A DNA stretch of 64,000 bases from Squalus acanthias (Eukaryota), in NCBI GenBank assembly GCA_030390025.1, contig CM059431.1, positions 120,406,001-120,470,000 on the forward strand, written 5' to 3'. Within the stretch, counting starts at the first letter, position 1. Each line of letters opens with the position of its first letter. The notes beneath the pieces were generated by a model. The model worked only from the letters and a program-made list of their open reading frames with translations. It was not told where the DNA came from and ran no database searches. Both the position numbers and the translations under genes were made by a program. Below, piece after piece: positions 1 to 12,847 of the stretch.

Positions 1-3000
1 ACACCCAGGGTCTCGGATGCAGCACTCCAGCATGGTGCAGGGACTCAACATGAGATGAGTTGTCCTCTACCCAAAGGGGGCTAGGAGGGCCTCCAGAAAG
101 AAGGATGTGGGACCAGATCGCCGAGATGGTCACTGCCAGCAGTGTCGCCCTCAGGACCTGGCTCCAGTGCCCAAAGAAGTTTCATGAGCCCATCAGCTGA
201 CTCTCAATCATCAGCAAAGTGATGGAAGGTGTCGTCAACAGTGCTATCTAGCGACACTTGCTCACCAATAATCTGCTCACCGGTGTTCAGTTCGGGTTCC
301 GCCAGGACCACTCAGCTCCAGATCTCATTGCATCCTTTGTCTAAACATGGACTGAAGAGTTGAATTCCAGAGGTGAGGTGAGAGTGACTGCCCTTGACAT
401 CAAGGCAGCATTTGACCGAGTGTGGCATCAAAGAACCCTAGTAAAATTGAAGTCAATGGGAAACAGGGGGAAAACTCTCCACTGGCTAGAGTCATACTTC
501 GCAAAAAGGAAGATGGTTGTGGTTGTTGGAGGCCAATCATCTTAGCTCCAGTACATCGCTGCAAGAGTTCCTCAGGGCAGTGTCCTAGGCCCAATCATCT
601 TCAGCTGCTTCATCAATGACCATCCCTCCAACATAAGGTCATAAGTAGGGAATTTCGCTGATGATTGCACAGTGTTCAGTTCGATTTGCAATGCCTCAGA
701 TAATGAAGCAGTCTGTGCCCGAGTGCAGCAAGATCTGAATGACATTCAGGCTTGGGCTGATAAGTGGCAAATAACATTTGCGCCACACAATTGCCAGGCA
801 ATGACCATCTACAACAAGAGAGAGTCTAACCACCACCACCCCTTGACATTCAACGACATTACCATCGCCGAATCCCCCACCATCAACATCCTGGGAGTCA
901 CCATTGATCAGAAACTTAACTGGCCCAGCCACATAAATACTGTGGCTACAAGAGCAGGTCAGAGGCTAGGTATTCTGCAGTGAGTGTCTCACCTCCTGAC
1001 TGCCCAAAGACTTTTCATCATCTACAAGGCACAAGTCTGGAGTGTGCTGGAATACTCTCCACTTGCCTGGATGAATGCAGCTCCATCAACACTCAAGATG
1101 CTCGACACTATCCAGGACAAAGCAGTCCACTTCATTAGCACCCCATCCACCACCTTAAATGTTCACTCCCTCCACCACCGACGCACTGTGGCAGCAGTGT
1201 ATACCATCTACAAGATGCACTGCAGCAACTCGCCAAGCCTTCTTCGACAGCACCGCCCAAACATGCAATCTCTACCACCTTGAAGGACAAGGGCAGCAGG
1301 TGCATTGGAACACCACCACCTGAAAGTTCCCCTCCAAGTCATACAACATCCTGACTTGGAAATATATCACCGTTCCTTAATCGTCGGTGGGTCAAAATCC
1401 TGGAACTCCCTCCCTAACAGCACTGTGGGAGTACCTTCACCACACAGACTGCAGCGGTTCAAGAAGGCGGCTCACCACCACCTTCTCAAGGGCAATTAGG
1501 GATCGGCAATAAGTACTGGCCTTGTCAATGACACCCACATCCCATGAACGGTTAAAAAAAATGACCTCAGATGAGTTGTCAAGGTCAGTGACTGCATCTT
1601 CAAAAGCCATCTCTTACCAACGATACCACTAGCCTCATACACTGCTCAATGCACTACCAACAATCTCTACCAAACACGAGGCACACTTCACATTCCTAGC
1701 TTCACCTCGCCCCCTTGGAGGAGACGGTGCTGGCCATTCTTCACATGGCATGGCTGAGCCCTTGGCCCGCAGCGGGGCCTGAAAGAATATAAGATGCCGG
1801 TATCCTCATATGTTATCCTCCTTCTCACATCCCACTTCCCCCTCATCGCACAAAATCTTCTGATGTACAAGTTGCACATGGTGTAAGCATGCACCTCTTG
1901 CTTTCCTCCCCTCTCCTCACCATAACCCTACCCTAGTGCCTTCCTCATTTCAGACACCCAAGAAATCCAGCCTGCCCAGCCAATGGTTGACCAAGAAGAG
2001 GGAGCGGAAAGTGAAGAAGAAAAGAAGAAGAAGAAGAAAAAGAAGAAGAAACACCTTCACTGGATTTCACACTCCCAGCCACCAGCTCCTTGAGGTCGTC
2101 CTGCAAGGCCATTTGCAGTATACCCCACTGAAAGTCAGCAGCCTTCCACCAGCCATGCTGCAACCACTGGGGTAGCACTGCGAGACATCACTAGGATAGA
2201 TAAAGACACACACAGACAGTCACTAAGGGAATGCACATGGGTGATTAGTTGATTTTTTTAATGTAATATTGAATGCCTCTATGGATAAGGTTGGATTGGA
2301 AAGTTTGCTTTGTGGTGGCTTTTATTTCAGCATTGTGGCAAAGAGGGCACCGTGATGGTCAGTAACAGAGGGAAGGTAAGGTGTGGGACTAATGTTGAAA
2401 GGGAAATTGGGGTTATGGTCACTGGTAGCGCAGGTGGATAATTCAATTCCTGATATTGGCGCCTTCCTTTCACTTCCTCTTCTCCTTCTTCCTCTTTCCT
2501 CTGCAAGCAGCTTGTCCCCTTTGCTACCTCTGCTTCATCTCCATGTGATGTTGCAGCCCAAGGGGGACTGCAACTAGAGCCCCCAGGACTGTTAGCAAGT
2601 GGTCTTCTCAGAGGCTTTCCTTTAACATCCAAAGCCTTACAAGCGTCCAGCAGCACTCCCTGCACTCACTGCACACTTTAACAGCTTTTTAAATATATTG
2701 CACCGAGCCATTACTCCAATAAAATGTAACAAGAACACTCCAAAAGCTGAAATCAAAACTTACCTGAAAGATGTGTGTGTCCCTTTAAGAAGCGCTGAGA
2801 GCATCTCTGTAGTACTGCTGCATGCACATTCTTCGATGTGTGGTTTGGAGAGGGTGGTATGGAGAGCGGAGATGTCCAAAATCACAGATTGTGTGTCAAT
2901 GCAGGCGATGCACGCCGATGGACGTCACGATCTGCATATTTACATGGGAGAGGCGAGCGCAGGCAACGGCAGCATTGCCGACCTCTCCAAAATGGCGGCC

Positions 3001-3091
3001 ACCATGTTCCACGCCGGAAGCAAGGTGGCTGTAATTTTTTCAACAAAACCTTCCTTAACAGCCGACGCTACAACCTTGAATTTTGCTGCCC
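1..3091 (+). mobile_element. Degenerate PIF/Harbinger transposon (left end outside window) with Myb/SANT gene remnant; transposase almost entirely deleted
   Basis: 1-187 translates to ...WDQIAEMVTASSVALRTWLQCPKKF and resumes at 1561 after a LINE insertion. Intron and exon-3 sequence resemble the element at 34824-37801. Acidic transposase tail remnant on the - strand at ~2460-2560. TIR-like end TTGAATTTTGCTGCCC at ~3091. Confidence 0.75.
188..1560 (+). mobile_element. 5'-truncated, degenerate non-LTR retrotransposon (CR1/Jockey group, clade unresolved): RT C-terminal half plus 3' tail
   Basis: ORF fragments VTALDIKAAFDRVWH, ILGVTIDQKLNW and YKAQVWSVLEYSPLAW; short A tail at ~1554-1560; flanked by ATGA (184-187 and 1561-1564) inside the Myb exon. 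Confidence 0.9.
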
Positions 3092-4175
3092 GAGAGTTCA
3101 GCATAAGATTGGCTATAATACAATATGATCAATATGTGGAGTCAGTTTCTTCAGTAAAAATAAAGGCAGTGTTCAGGCAAAGCCTTTTACTGTCCAGGCT
3201 GCCAGTAAACTTTGATCCAAAATGTGCCATTACAGGAATTGGCCTGTAAGATTGAAATTATAAAACAGAATTTCCCTTTTAAATCTATTTTAAGCCATAC
3301 CCACCATAAATCTGTCAAGACATTCCAGAATTACCTTGAGCACCAAGCTACCTGGGAGATTGGAGAGCATTTTAATAGATGAGAGAATGGACAGAGGTTG
3401 GTTCATGAGATGCTGAGCCAGCCTTGAAACAAAGAGGAAAGATTTGTTCCTCTAAGAAGTTAGGTTATTCTTTCTCAGAAACTGACTGAATAACAGGTCA
3501 TCTGTTTAAGAAACAAACAAATAAGCTGTGTTTCATCTAAGAAACGGATGAGCATGACACTGTAAATGGTAAAGCACTTAAAACTGAGGAGTAGAGCATT
3601 TATATATATCAATGATTGGGACTTGAATGTAGGAAGTATGATTAAGAAGTTTGCAGCTGATACAAAAATAGGCCGTGTGGTTGATAATGAAGAAGAAAGC
3701 TACAGACTGCAGGAAGACATCAATGGACTGGTCAGGTGAGCAAAACAGTGGCAAATGAAATTCAATCTGGAGAAGTGTGAGGTAATGCATTTGGAGAGGG
3801 CTAACAAGGTAAGGGAACACACTATAAATGGTAGGGCACTGAGAAGAGCAGAAGATCAGAGGGACCTTGGAGTGCATGTCCACAGATCCCTGAAGGTAGC
3901 AGGACAGGTAGATAAGGTGGTTAAGAAGGCATACGGGATACTTGCTTTATTAGCTGAGGCATAGGATATAAGAGCAGGGAGGTTATGCTTGAACTGTATA
4001 AAACACTAGTTAGGCCGCAGCTAGAATACTGCTTGCAGTTCTGGTCACCACATTACAGGAAGGATGTGATTGCACTCGAGGGGGTGCAGAAGAGATTTAC
4101 GAGGGTGTTGCCTGGGCTGGGGAATTTTAGCTATGAGGAAAGATTGGATAGGCTAGGGTTGTTTTCTTTGGAACA

Positions 4176-4380
4176 AAAATGAGAAGTCGCACAACACCAG
4201 GTTATAGTCCAACAGATTTATTTAATTTTACAAGCTTTCGGAGCTGTCGCTCCTTCGTCAGGTAAGTTAGCAATGAGAGAATCTCCCAGAATTCACAATT
4301 TAAACCCAGACAAAATCTATTCACATTATTCGCTACAACAAAGAGCACAGCCAAGACAATGAGATGTGTCCCAGGGGGTC
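4176..4380 (-). mobile_element. 205-bp Penelope-like pseudo-LTR fragment (family B) with a 10-bp target-site duplication
   Basis: CTTTGGAACA at 4166-4175 and 4381-4390 interrupts the CR1 frame (FSLEQ|RRLRGDL). Contains a minimal hammerhead motif. PLE assignment is inferred from the hammerhead and TSD. Confidence 0.75.
4228..4265 (-). ncRNA. Minimal type I hammerhead ribozyme motif (family B)
   Basis: The - strand reads TTAC-CTGACGA-A-GGAGC-GACA-GCTCC-GAAA-GCTT-GTAA: CUGANGA/GAAA core, 5-bp stem II, 4-bp stem I, palindromic AAGCTT in place of stem III. Confidence 0.8.
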
Positions 4381-6696
4381 CTTTGGAACAGAGGAGGCTG
4401 AGAGGAGACCTAATTGAGGTGTATAAAATTATGAGGGGCCTAGATAGAGTGGATAGGAAGGACCTATTTCCCTTAGCAGAAGGGTCAATAACCAGGGGTT
4501 ATAGATTTAAAGTAATTGGTCGGAAGTTTAGAGGGGATTTGAGGAGAATTTTTTTCACCCAGAGGCTGGGGGAGGGGTCTGGAACTCACTGCCTGAAAGG
4601 GTGGTAGTGGCAGAGACCCTCATCACATTTAAAAAATACTTGGATATGTACTTGAAGTGCCATAATCTACAAGGCTACGGATCAAGTGCTAGAAAGTGGG
4701 AATAGGGTGGATAGCTCTATGTCAGTCGGCACGGACAAGATGGGCCAAATGGCCTCCTTCTGTGCTGTAAATTTCTATGATTCTATGATTCTATGATTAT
4801 GAGAAAACTGGTTGAGCAAAAATAGTGAGCCTGAAACTGTGAAAGGTACATACCTGAACCTGACTGACCTGAAGTTGAGAGAAAAAGATAGTTCACCTGA
4901 AACTGGTAAGAAAATAGAGCACCCAAAACTAACTAGCAAAGTTATCTTGACTAGAAACCAGCATAAGTATTTGTAAGAAAGCATCCTCAGAATTGACAGA
5001 GCAGAATTGACAATGACAGTGGATTGAAAAAAAAAATTCAAAAAAGAGCTGGAGTCAAATTTTAAAGCTTTTGAAAAAAAGAAATTGTGGAGATTCCACC
5101 TGAATGAGTTATATAGATTGTTCACCAGAAGGACACAGAACAGTATTCAGTGAGAACACTTGTTAACTTGCCCCTTGGCTTTGCACCAGAGTATCTGGAA
5201 CAAAAGTTTGACCTTTGATGATATTAAATGTTTTGCGTTTAACATGGCCTGCATTAATGTTTAACATTAGTATAGAGGTAGACTGGTTATTTAATAATAA
5301 CAAAATGCTTATATGTTATCAGATGTTAACTGTGTTAATGTAAATTGAGCTGCTTAATGTAGGACAATTCATGCTTGCCAAAGGTTTGGGCATTTAAAAG
5401 TGGATAGTGGGCATCCAGGCGATCCTCTTAATGAGGGTTTAGAGAGCTGTCTGGTGCTTGACAATTAATGTTTTCTTGCAAAACTTATGGGTTTAGCTAC
5501 CCATTGCTTTTATTGTAGCCTCATTCCTCAGGTTTGTGAAAAGAAATTTGCCTACATATCTTACTTTGGGTTTAATCATATGGGATGGTGAAAGGAGCCA
5601 TCTAATATTTGAACTTTCTCTTACAATGAGAAGCAGTCAGCAGCTGTGGAAGATAGTTTGTGAGCATTGAAATACTATAGAAATCTGAGATAGCTCTATT
5701 GGAATTGAATGCAGTAAGACATAAGCTTATATTTGTCTAGTAGCCTAACCTATCTTCATAACAAACAAGCACTAAAAACAGTGAAAGCAATGTTATAGAT
5801 CACAATTGCTGTCATCTTGAATCTTGCTTCCTTACACATGTGCTTTTTAGAAGTAATCAAAAAGATGTGCTAAAGCATTGTTTAGCAGTAAACGCCTAGA
5901 ATTTCATTGACACTGCACCCATTTTCCAGGCGTAAAATAGGTGCCTAATTATCTAATGTGGTGGGCGAAGTGCACATGCATATTCCCCGCTGGATGCACC
6001 ACCCACCATATTGGTAAAGATTCCAGTATAGGCATCCAGAACCCGTGCCTGAAACAGGCATTAGGTCCTTTGCATATGCAAATAGGAAGCCTAACTCCTG
6101 CTTGAGGCCCCTTTCCCAAAATTGGGCTGCCTTGCCACAGCCGGTGCAGGGCCTGTTACGTTTAAGATAACCATGTCTACATGCGGCCTAATCAGTGGTC
6201 TTTAAAAGGACCACTGGAGGCCTCCACCGAAGGGGCAAGTTTAAAAAAATACTTACTTGAATGTGGAGCTGGGAGGAGCAGGAGTGCTCCTCCTGGTTCT
6301 ACAGCACTCCCGAAGACCATTGACAGCCCCCACTCGGGGCCCCTCCCGGTCACCCCTCTCCCTCTCTCCCAATCGCCACAGCCGCCCCCCCCACCCTCAG
6401 GACCTACCTGAGAGCAGCTACCGGAGAGGCAGTTGGCCCAACTTCCTACTTGTGGAACTGGTGAGTTGCCTCTTGAGGTCTAATAGGCATCCACAGCTCG
6501 TTGGCCATAGGCTGATGAGGCCCGATTTTGGGTGAGCATCAGGCTTCTGGCTTCTGGTCCACGCGCCCTTATTTCAGGTTTGAAAGTGGGCCAAAACAAC
6601 AGCTGCTGATAATTTTTCAAACATTAATTTATTAAGTTGGCATCTGGTTAAAGTTTCCAATCTTCATGAAGTGGAAAAAAATGATAATTTCACAGG

Positions 6697-6970
6697 TTAA
6701 TGGGTAAATGCACCATGTAGGGTAGCATTGAGGAAGGTCTCTGGTTCAATCCCTGGCCTTTTCTGGTACCTGATATTAGATACAATTAGCCTCAGCATCC
6801 CTTGGGTTAGGAAAAGGAAGCCTCGACCAGGGATCCCATTTATAATTCTCTTGAAATGACCTGCTAATAGCACTTTCAAATATGTAATAAGGACAGAATT
6901 AGGGTTGATTGTGATGTCCCCTCGTGGTTGAATAACCTATTTTCACACATAAAGAATGGCCACCTGTCAG
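6697..6970 (+). mobile_element. Old tRNA-derived SINE-like repeat, diverged
   Basis: B-box-like GGTTCAATCCC at ~6743. The body resembles shark SINE sequence as I recall it (not verified). Confidence 0.4.
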
Positions 6971-7260
6971 CTCCCAGCTCCATACCCTAGCCCAGGAATA
7001 CTGATACATCACCTTTGGGAGAGGAGTGAAGGAAACTGGGGAAATGTCTTTAAGTAAAGACTCTATTTATAAATGATATTTGTTGTACTTGCACACAGTG
7101 CTTTGGGAAATAATAAATGATTCAGTCACTTAGTCCATCTGGTTGCATTTGTTTCCTTCCAGTTGTTGAAAATTAATTAAACTGTAATTTTAACAGGCCT
7201 TTGAATGGTTTGCTGAATTCTAACATTAGAAAATTAATATTGTCTCACGTATTAAACCAA

Positions 7261-7420
7261 GGGGATGAATTTCAGTGAAGTTTCTCCTGCTTGTCCATAG
7301 TAACTTTGGTGGAAGAGCTGTGGAAAACCCCTTGCAGAATGTTGCAAACTCCAAAGTTTCTGTGGCTCTTCCTACAAAGTCTTGGCAGACAAGTGGGAAG
7401 ATCCCAACTGTAATTCACCC
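7261..7420. mobile_element. Short palindromic MITE (related to 47267-47453)
   Basis: Imperfect TIRs GGGGATGAATTTCAGT / ACTGTAATTCACCC; CAA on both flanks; TAACTTTGGYGGAAGA..GGAAA(A)CCCC core shared with 47267-47453. Confidence 0.55.
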
Positions 7421-8780
7421 CAATACTTTGCATCGGCCTTAAAAAAAATTGTCACAAAGTATTCAAAATGGGTAGAAACTGAATCAAACACGAAAGGACC
7501 AAATTGATTTCATTCAAAATGTATTTTATATATTAAGGCCGAGTTACATGGTTGTACGTGAAAAACTTATGGTCTGAAATACATTTTGACATTCCTGTAC
7601 ACAAGAAATTTGGATTAAAATATATTTTTTTTGTTTTAATAGGAGGAACAAACACTGGAATCTTTTGGAAAATTTTGGTTTTGGGGAATACTTTTCTTTT
7701 GAAAGTGTAATGAATAAAGTCTCAAGCCTTGAATTTCCTGCGTGGGAACATCCCGGAAGTTAGACCCGAAAATGCGTCATTTCCACACCCATTCGCCCGA
7801 TCTCAAGATACGCTGCCAATCTAATTAGAATAGGCCCAAATCAGGGTAAACAATCAGGGTCCAAGAGAAGCTTGACACTCATACCATATATTACTTTAAG
7901 AATAAGTATTAACGTTTCAACTCATTCAAACAGCAGGCACACATGTTTAAGAACCTCCAATGGGGGAAGCTTTTCAGTTTGTAATGTGACTTATACTGAT
8001 GCCATAAAATCGCAATAAAAAAACCCACAAAATGCAGAGCAGGTCTCAGTGAGGATAAATAAAGAAAAAGCTCAAAAAATTTACATCAAACACCTGAAAA
8101 ATGATTTTGTTTCCTGCTGCACTTGAAAACCTGGTTGCAATTTGAAGAGAGCCTCTGAGCAAGTACGATTGCAGAAACTGGTGTATGAGGCTCTGTGACT
8201 TGGGGATGCAGCCAGATTTATGAGCAGCGATACGTTCGGGCGGAGGGATCGATAGACGGCCGTAAACTATCGTGGAGATGTGGGTGTATTGTACTTACAC
8301 TTACGCCCAAAATTGACCGATCTTTTCAGCCATGTCATTGCTTTGTGCCCAGGTAACGCATGTTTCTGGGCAAAAATACAGAGGAAGTTTAAGGCTGATG
8401 TGTGGAAACTGGTGAGCAAACCTGGCCTTTATTTTAAACTGATTGTTATTAGTTACTATGTAATATTGCTGCCATCATTAAGGGGCTGATAGACAAATGC
8501 AAAAATAACTGGGGGCGTGGGGGGAGGGGGGTTTGCTGCTTGCAAGTATCACCAGCAAGCTGTCAGAGTCAGAAGCAATGGAATTGGGGGTATCATCCCA
8601 CACCCATTTCCAACCTGACCCTTGTTACCAAAACTGACCTGACCCAACTCCTGATAGCTCTAACATACAACAGCTGGATGTAATTATTGCTCCAGCGCAA
8701 ATGTTAAAATGAATGTAAAAACAACAGAAAACGCTGGAAAAACTCAGCAGGCCAGGCAGCATCCATGGAGAGAGAAACAG

Positions 8781-8817
8781 AGTTAACGTTTCAGGTCGAA
8801 GACCTTTCGTCAGAACT
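8781..8817 (-). ncRNA. Minimal hammerhead ribozyme motif (family A) in the inverted pLTR
   Basis: - strand AGTT-CTGACGA-A-AGGTC-TTC-GACCT-GAAA-CGTT-AACT. Confidence 0.8.
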
Positions 8818-8850
8818 GGATAAAGCAGGAAATGAAATAGATTTAAAGCA

Positions 8851-9969
8851 CCTTCACATGGTCCATCTCCGACTCTTCCCTTCCCTTCCTCGACTTCTCC
8901 GTCTCCATCTCTGGGGATAGGTTATTGACTAACATTCACTACAAGCCCACTGACTCCCACAGCTACCTGGACTACACTTCCTCCCACCCCGCCTCCTTTA
9001 AGGACTCTATTCCATTCTCCCAGTTTCTCCGTCTCCGCCGCATCTGCTCTGACGATGCCACCTTCCATACCAGTGCTTCCGACATGTCTTCCTTTTTCCT
9101 CAACCGAGGATTCCCCTCTACTGTGGTCGACACGGCCATCGACCGTGTCCGTTCTATCTCCCGCACTTCTGCCCTCACCCCTGTCCCTCCCTCCCGGAAC
9201 CACGATAGAGTTCCCCTTGTCCTCACCTTTCGCCCCACCAGCCTCCACATTCAACGTATCATCCTCCGCCATTTCCGCCACCTCCAGCGTGATCCCACCA
9301 CCAAACGCATCTTCCCCTCACCTCCCCTTTCAGCATTCTGCAGGGAGCGCTCCCTCCGCGACACCCTAGTCGCTAAAGGTATCAAGGGATATGGGGAGAA
9401 GGCAGGTACAGGGTACTGAGTTTGGATGATCAGCCATGATCTCATCGAATGGCGGAGCAGGCTCGAGGGGCCGAATGGCCTACTCCTGTTCCTATCTTCT
9501 ATGTTTCTATGTTTTCTCTACCACCCCCAGCACCCCTTCCCCTTCGTCCGGCACCTTCCCGTGCAAGCGCAGGAGATGCAACACATGCCCTTATACCTCC
9601 CCTCTTCCCACTGTCCAGGGCCCCAAACACCCCTTCCAGGTGAAACAGCGATTTACTTGTACTTCCTGCAATTTAGTATACTGTATTCGCTGCTCACGAT
9701 GTGGTCTCCTCTACATTGGGGAGACCAAATGCAGATTGGGTGACCGCTTTGCGGAACACCTCCGTTCAGTCCGTAAGGAGGACCCCGAGCTCCCGGTGGC
9801 CTGTCACTTTAATTCTCCGCTCCACTCCCACTCTGACCTCACCGTCCTTGGCGTATTACACTGTTCCATGGAAGCTCAGCGTAAGCTCGAGGAACAGCAC
9901 CTCATCTTTCGTTTAGGCACCCTACAGCCCTCTGGACTCAATATCGAGTTCAACAATCTTAGATCATAA
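8851..9969 (+). pseudogene. PLE polyprotein C-terminal part: RT thumb, Cys-rich linker and GIY-YIG endonuclease; split by a CR1 fragment
   Basis: PFLDFSV, YKPTDSHSYLDYTSSHP, CKRRRCNTC, NLVYCIRCSRCGLLYIGET, RFAEH, PSGLNIEF. Confidence 0.92.
9372..9514 (+). mobile_element. CR1 3'-end fragment inserted in the PLE ORF
   Basis: KGIKGYGEKAG*, GGCCGAATGGCCTACTCCTG and (TTCTATGT)n tail, matching ~52510-52663. Confidence 0.9.
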
Positions 9970-10247
9970 CCTCAGCCCCTATCACATTTATATTTTATTT
10001 TTTCATCCATACTTTTGTTTGCCCCCCCCCCTTTTTTTTCCTCCTAGAAGCTGGCAGCTGTCCTTCATTCTGCCAGTGCATTTCACACTTCTTTTAGCCT
10101 CAACCTGTCACATTAACACCTCCTCTTGCCTTGATCATCTCTTAATGTCTCTCAATGTCTCTTAATCTCTCCTTTTGTTCTTTCATCCCCTCCCCCTTTT
10201 CCCAGCTTTATCCTTGCTTTAAATCTATTTCATTTCCTGCTTTTTCC

Positions 10248-10284
10248 AGTTCTGATGAAAGGTCTTCGACCTGAAACGTTAACT
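10248..10284 (+). ncRNA. Minimal hammerhead ribozyme motif (family A) in the 3' pLTR, sense to the ORF
   Basis: AGTT-CTGATGA-A-AGGTC-TTC-GACCT-GAAA-CGTT-AACT. Confidence 0.82.
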
Positions 10285-12847
10285 CTGTTTCTCTCTCCAC
10301 GGATGCTGCCTGGCCTACTGAGTTTTTCCAGCGTTTGCTGTTGTTAATTCGGATTTCCAGCATCCGCAGTATTTTGCTATCGTTAAAAAGAATGTATCTT
10401 GATTCAAAGCATTTTGATTGTTTCATTCATAACTTTAGTCAAATTTGCGTTTTGAATTTCCAATTGGCCAGCCACTTTTAATTTGTAGAGCATAGACATA
10501 TTTGACTAATGATACTTCGCACACTTATGAATATAAATAGCTCCCATGAAATGACCAATTGACGAGTGAAGCAGCTCAGGCATGTACAATGAATATTGCA
10601 TTAGTTATTGTAGTGCAAAACTTTGTTGGCTTGGTACCATATATTGTGGAAGCTGGTAAGATGACAGTATTTTCCCAACCTGTTTATTTTCAGCATGTGC
10701 ACGCCCACCAGTAATTTGTTAATTATACCCTTTCCTATGCCGAGGGTGAAGGTTTGGGCTGGAACAATAATTTCACATGTTTGCTGTACTTCAGCTTCAG
10801 GAGGAGTTGGGCATGGACAGGGGTGGGGAGGGGGGCGGGGGGGACAGTCAGGGGGGATAAGTGGCCATTGTTAGATCAGGAATAGTAGCAAGGGCCAGGT
10901 CTAGATGAATCTTGACTCGAAGCATTTGAGCGCAGCTTGATTCAAAATGGATCAGGTAGCTGTGTAGCTATGAGGCCTGGATAAGGAGGGCCTGTGACGT
11001 CCAGATGGACAATAGCAGAAAGTGAGATTTGCAAACATTCCTGCCAGGCATTTAGAAAACTGTCAGTCCCACGCTCTGAACTACTCGATTTACTACTGTT
11101 TCATTTTTCTCCTTGGTTAAGCAGCTCATTGTCTGCTTGAGAAGTGTGAAAATGAAGATTATTGCAAGTACATCCTGACTGGTCAATTTCTGACATTCAG
11201 TGGCACTAAACCAACGGAACGAAACATGGGAGTACCTGCAAGTTTGATTGGCGGCTGTTAGGCATAGGCTAGAGTTATAGCTTCACGAAACTTTAGGCAA
11301 AGAGGACAATATATCAATGTCTAAAAATGTGGTTATTGCCAAAGCACACAAAGCATCCCTTGACTAGATCATTAGGCTAATCTAGCTTTCTGCTGTTCCT
11401 CATCTAGCCTTCATATCTATTCCTTCAGCCAATTTAATTCCAGCTTTCCAAAGTACCAACCCTGTGCGAACTCACATCTTCCCACAATCTGCTGGGGATT
11501 TGATGAATATTTCCTATTATATTGCCAGAGATAACAGATTTAAACCCACTATGAATCTGGCAGCAATTGCTCGTGAATATGGAGAAATTAGACAGTCACA
11601 AAGCTGCAATGTGCAATGGCTGGCAAGGGAGGCAATCTCAGCATGAGACCAACAGGAAATACAGAAGACTTCCGTGTGCCCTCAGTCCACCTCAAAAACT
11701 GAGTGAAACTGGTCCGCATTTCTTTAAAAAAACATCGACTTTTGTAGCTGCACCAATATGAAGAATGACCAGTTATGATGAGCCACAAAAATTTAATTGG
11801 CATGTTAGTACACTTCTGCCCCAATGGCAACAATTTTCAAAGGCACATATGTTATGGAACTCAAAAATAATTTGGATATGGTCTAAGTTCTTTTTTTAAA
11901 TTCATATTCCATGATAGACAATAATGCAAAGAAGCATGATGGATGGATAAACTTGCATTAAATGTGCACTCCTCAGTTACCTGGCTGCATTTATGATATT
12001 AATTCAGTTCTCTTGATTTAAAAACAACTTGGCTCTGAGCCAATCTTACAAAAATAAATCAAAGCAAGTAGTGATTACACAATAATAGTTCCTTCTAATT
12101 TTGATATTACTGTTGCCCTTATTAGTAGATGAATTACCTCAGGTGCTTGTCTGACATTCCGTTGTCCACTATTTCAATGGAGGTATTACCCCATTTATTT
12201 TATTTTAACTGGGTTAATGCCTGCATTCAAATAATAGACAGAGGAATGTCATATGTTAGGCATTCGCCCACTAATATCACAAACAGTATTTACTAACCTT
12301 GAAAGATTGGTAAATCAAGTCAAATGTGCATCAGTTATTGACTTATCCTAACATCCCAGAAGTGACTCAGTTATTATGTGCTTCTTTTATTTAAAAAAAT
12401 GCTTGCTTCAAGACTTATTTTCTGGAATCCAATGCTTTCAATTATAAATAAAACAGCAGCCAAAACAATAATTTAGTTTTCCACAGTGATATAAATTCAA
12501 TCAAGTTCAGCTCCACAGTGGTTTTATATAATAATCTATTACATACATACAAACTTTCTGTGGAATTATTCATTCTGAATGATTTAGCTAAAACCTAGGG
12601 TTGAACATTTGGATAAATATGAAATCCAGATGTTCAATGTAGAATTTGTGAGTGTGGGCAGAAATAGTTCTCTGAGACAATGGTGGACCACAGACACAGC
12701 CCTTCTGTCTCATTCAACTGCCAGGGAACTGGAACACAACAGCCCAGTATCCCACTGTCAAGAAATTCACATAATATCTTCTTCACTTGTTTGCCATAGA
12801 ACTCAGAGGGATTGCCGAATAAAGACATTGCAACTATGGGGCCGAGA

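Larger units (their letters stand above)
3598..4800 (+). mobile_element. CR1 LINE, 5'-truncated and degenerate, interrupted by a Penelope-type insertion
   Basis: [46 protein letters not shown]1 3' end GGGCCAAATGGCCTCC followed by (TTCTATGA)n. Confidence 0.93.
8718..10381 (+). mobile_element. Penelope-like retroelement (family A), 5'-truncated, with an inverted upstream pseudo-LTR
   Basis: 8720-8850 is the reverse complement of ~10215-10345. 15-bp TSD GTTAAAA(T/A)GAATGTA at 8703-8717 and 10382-10396. Internal RT and GIY-YIG coding sequence. Confidence 0.93.

Noticed and set aside
2698..3249. 183-aa ORF, and similar 100-230 aa ORFs such as 14231-14668, 30428-31048 and 42904-43596
   Set aside because: They overlap transposon ends, LTR-like sequence, or alternative/antisense frames of TE genes, and show no domain I recognise.
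4800..5160. Purine-rich stretch as a coding exon or processed pseudogene
   Set aside because: Stops in the frames I translated, no recognisable protein and no convincing splice sites.
6512..6545. Additional hammerhead (CTGATGA followed by a weak stem)
   Set aside because: No GAAA after the stem and no stem I/III pairing.
5890..6600. Further MITE-like GC-richer segments (also ~7725-7870, 8215-8430, 10685-11000)
   Set aside because: Probably old repeats, but I could not define matching TIRs or TSDs, so they are not reported as features.
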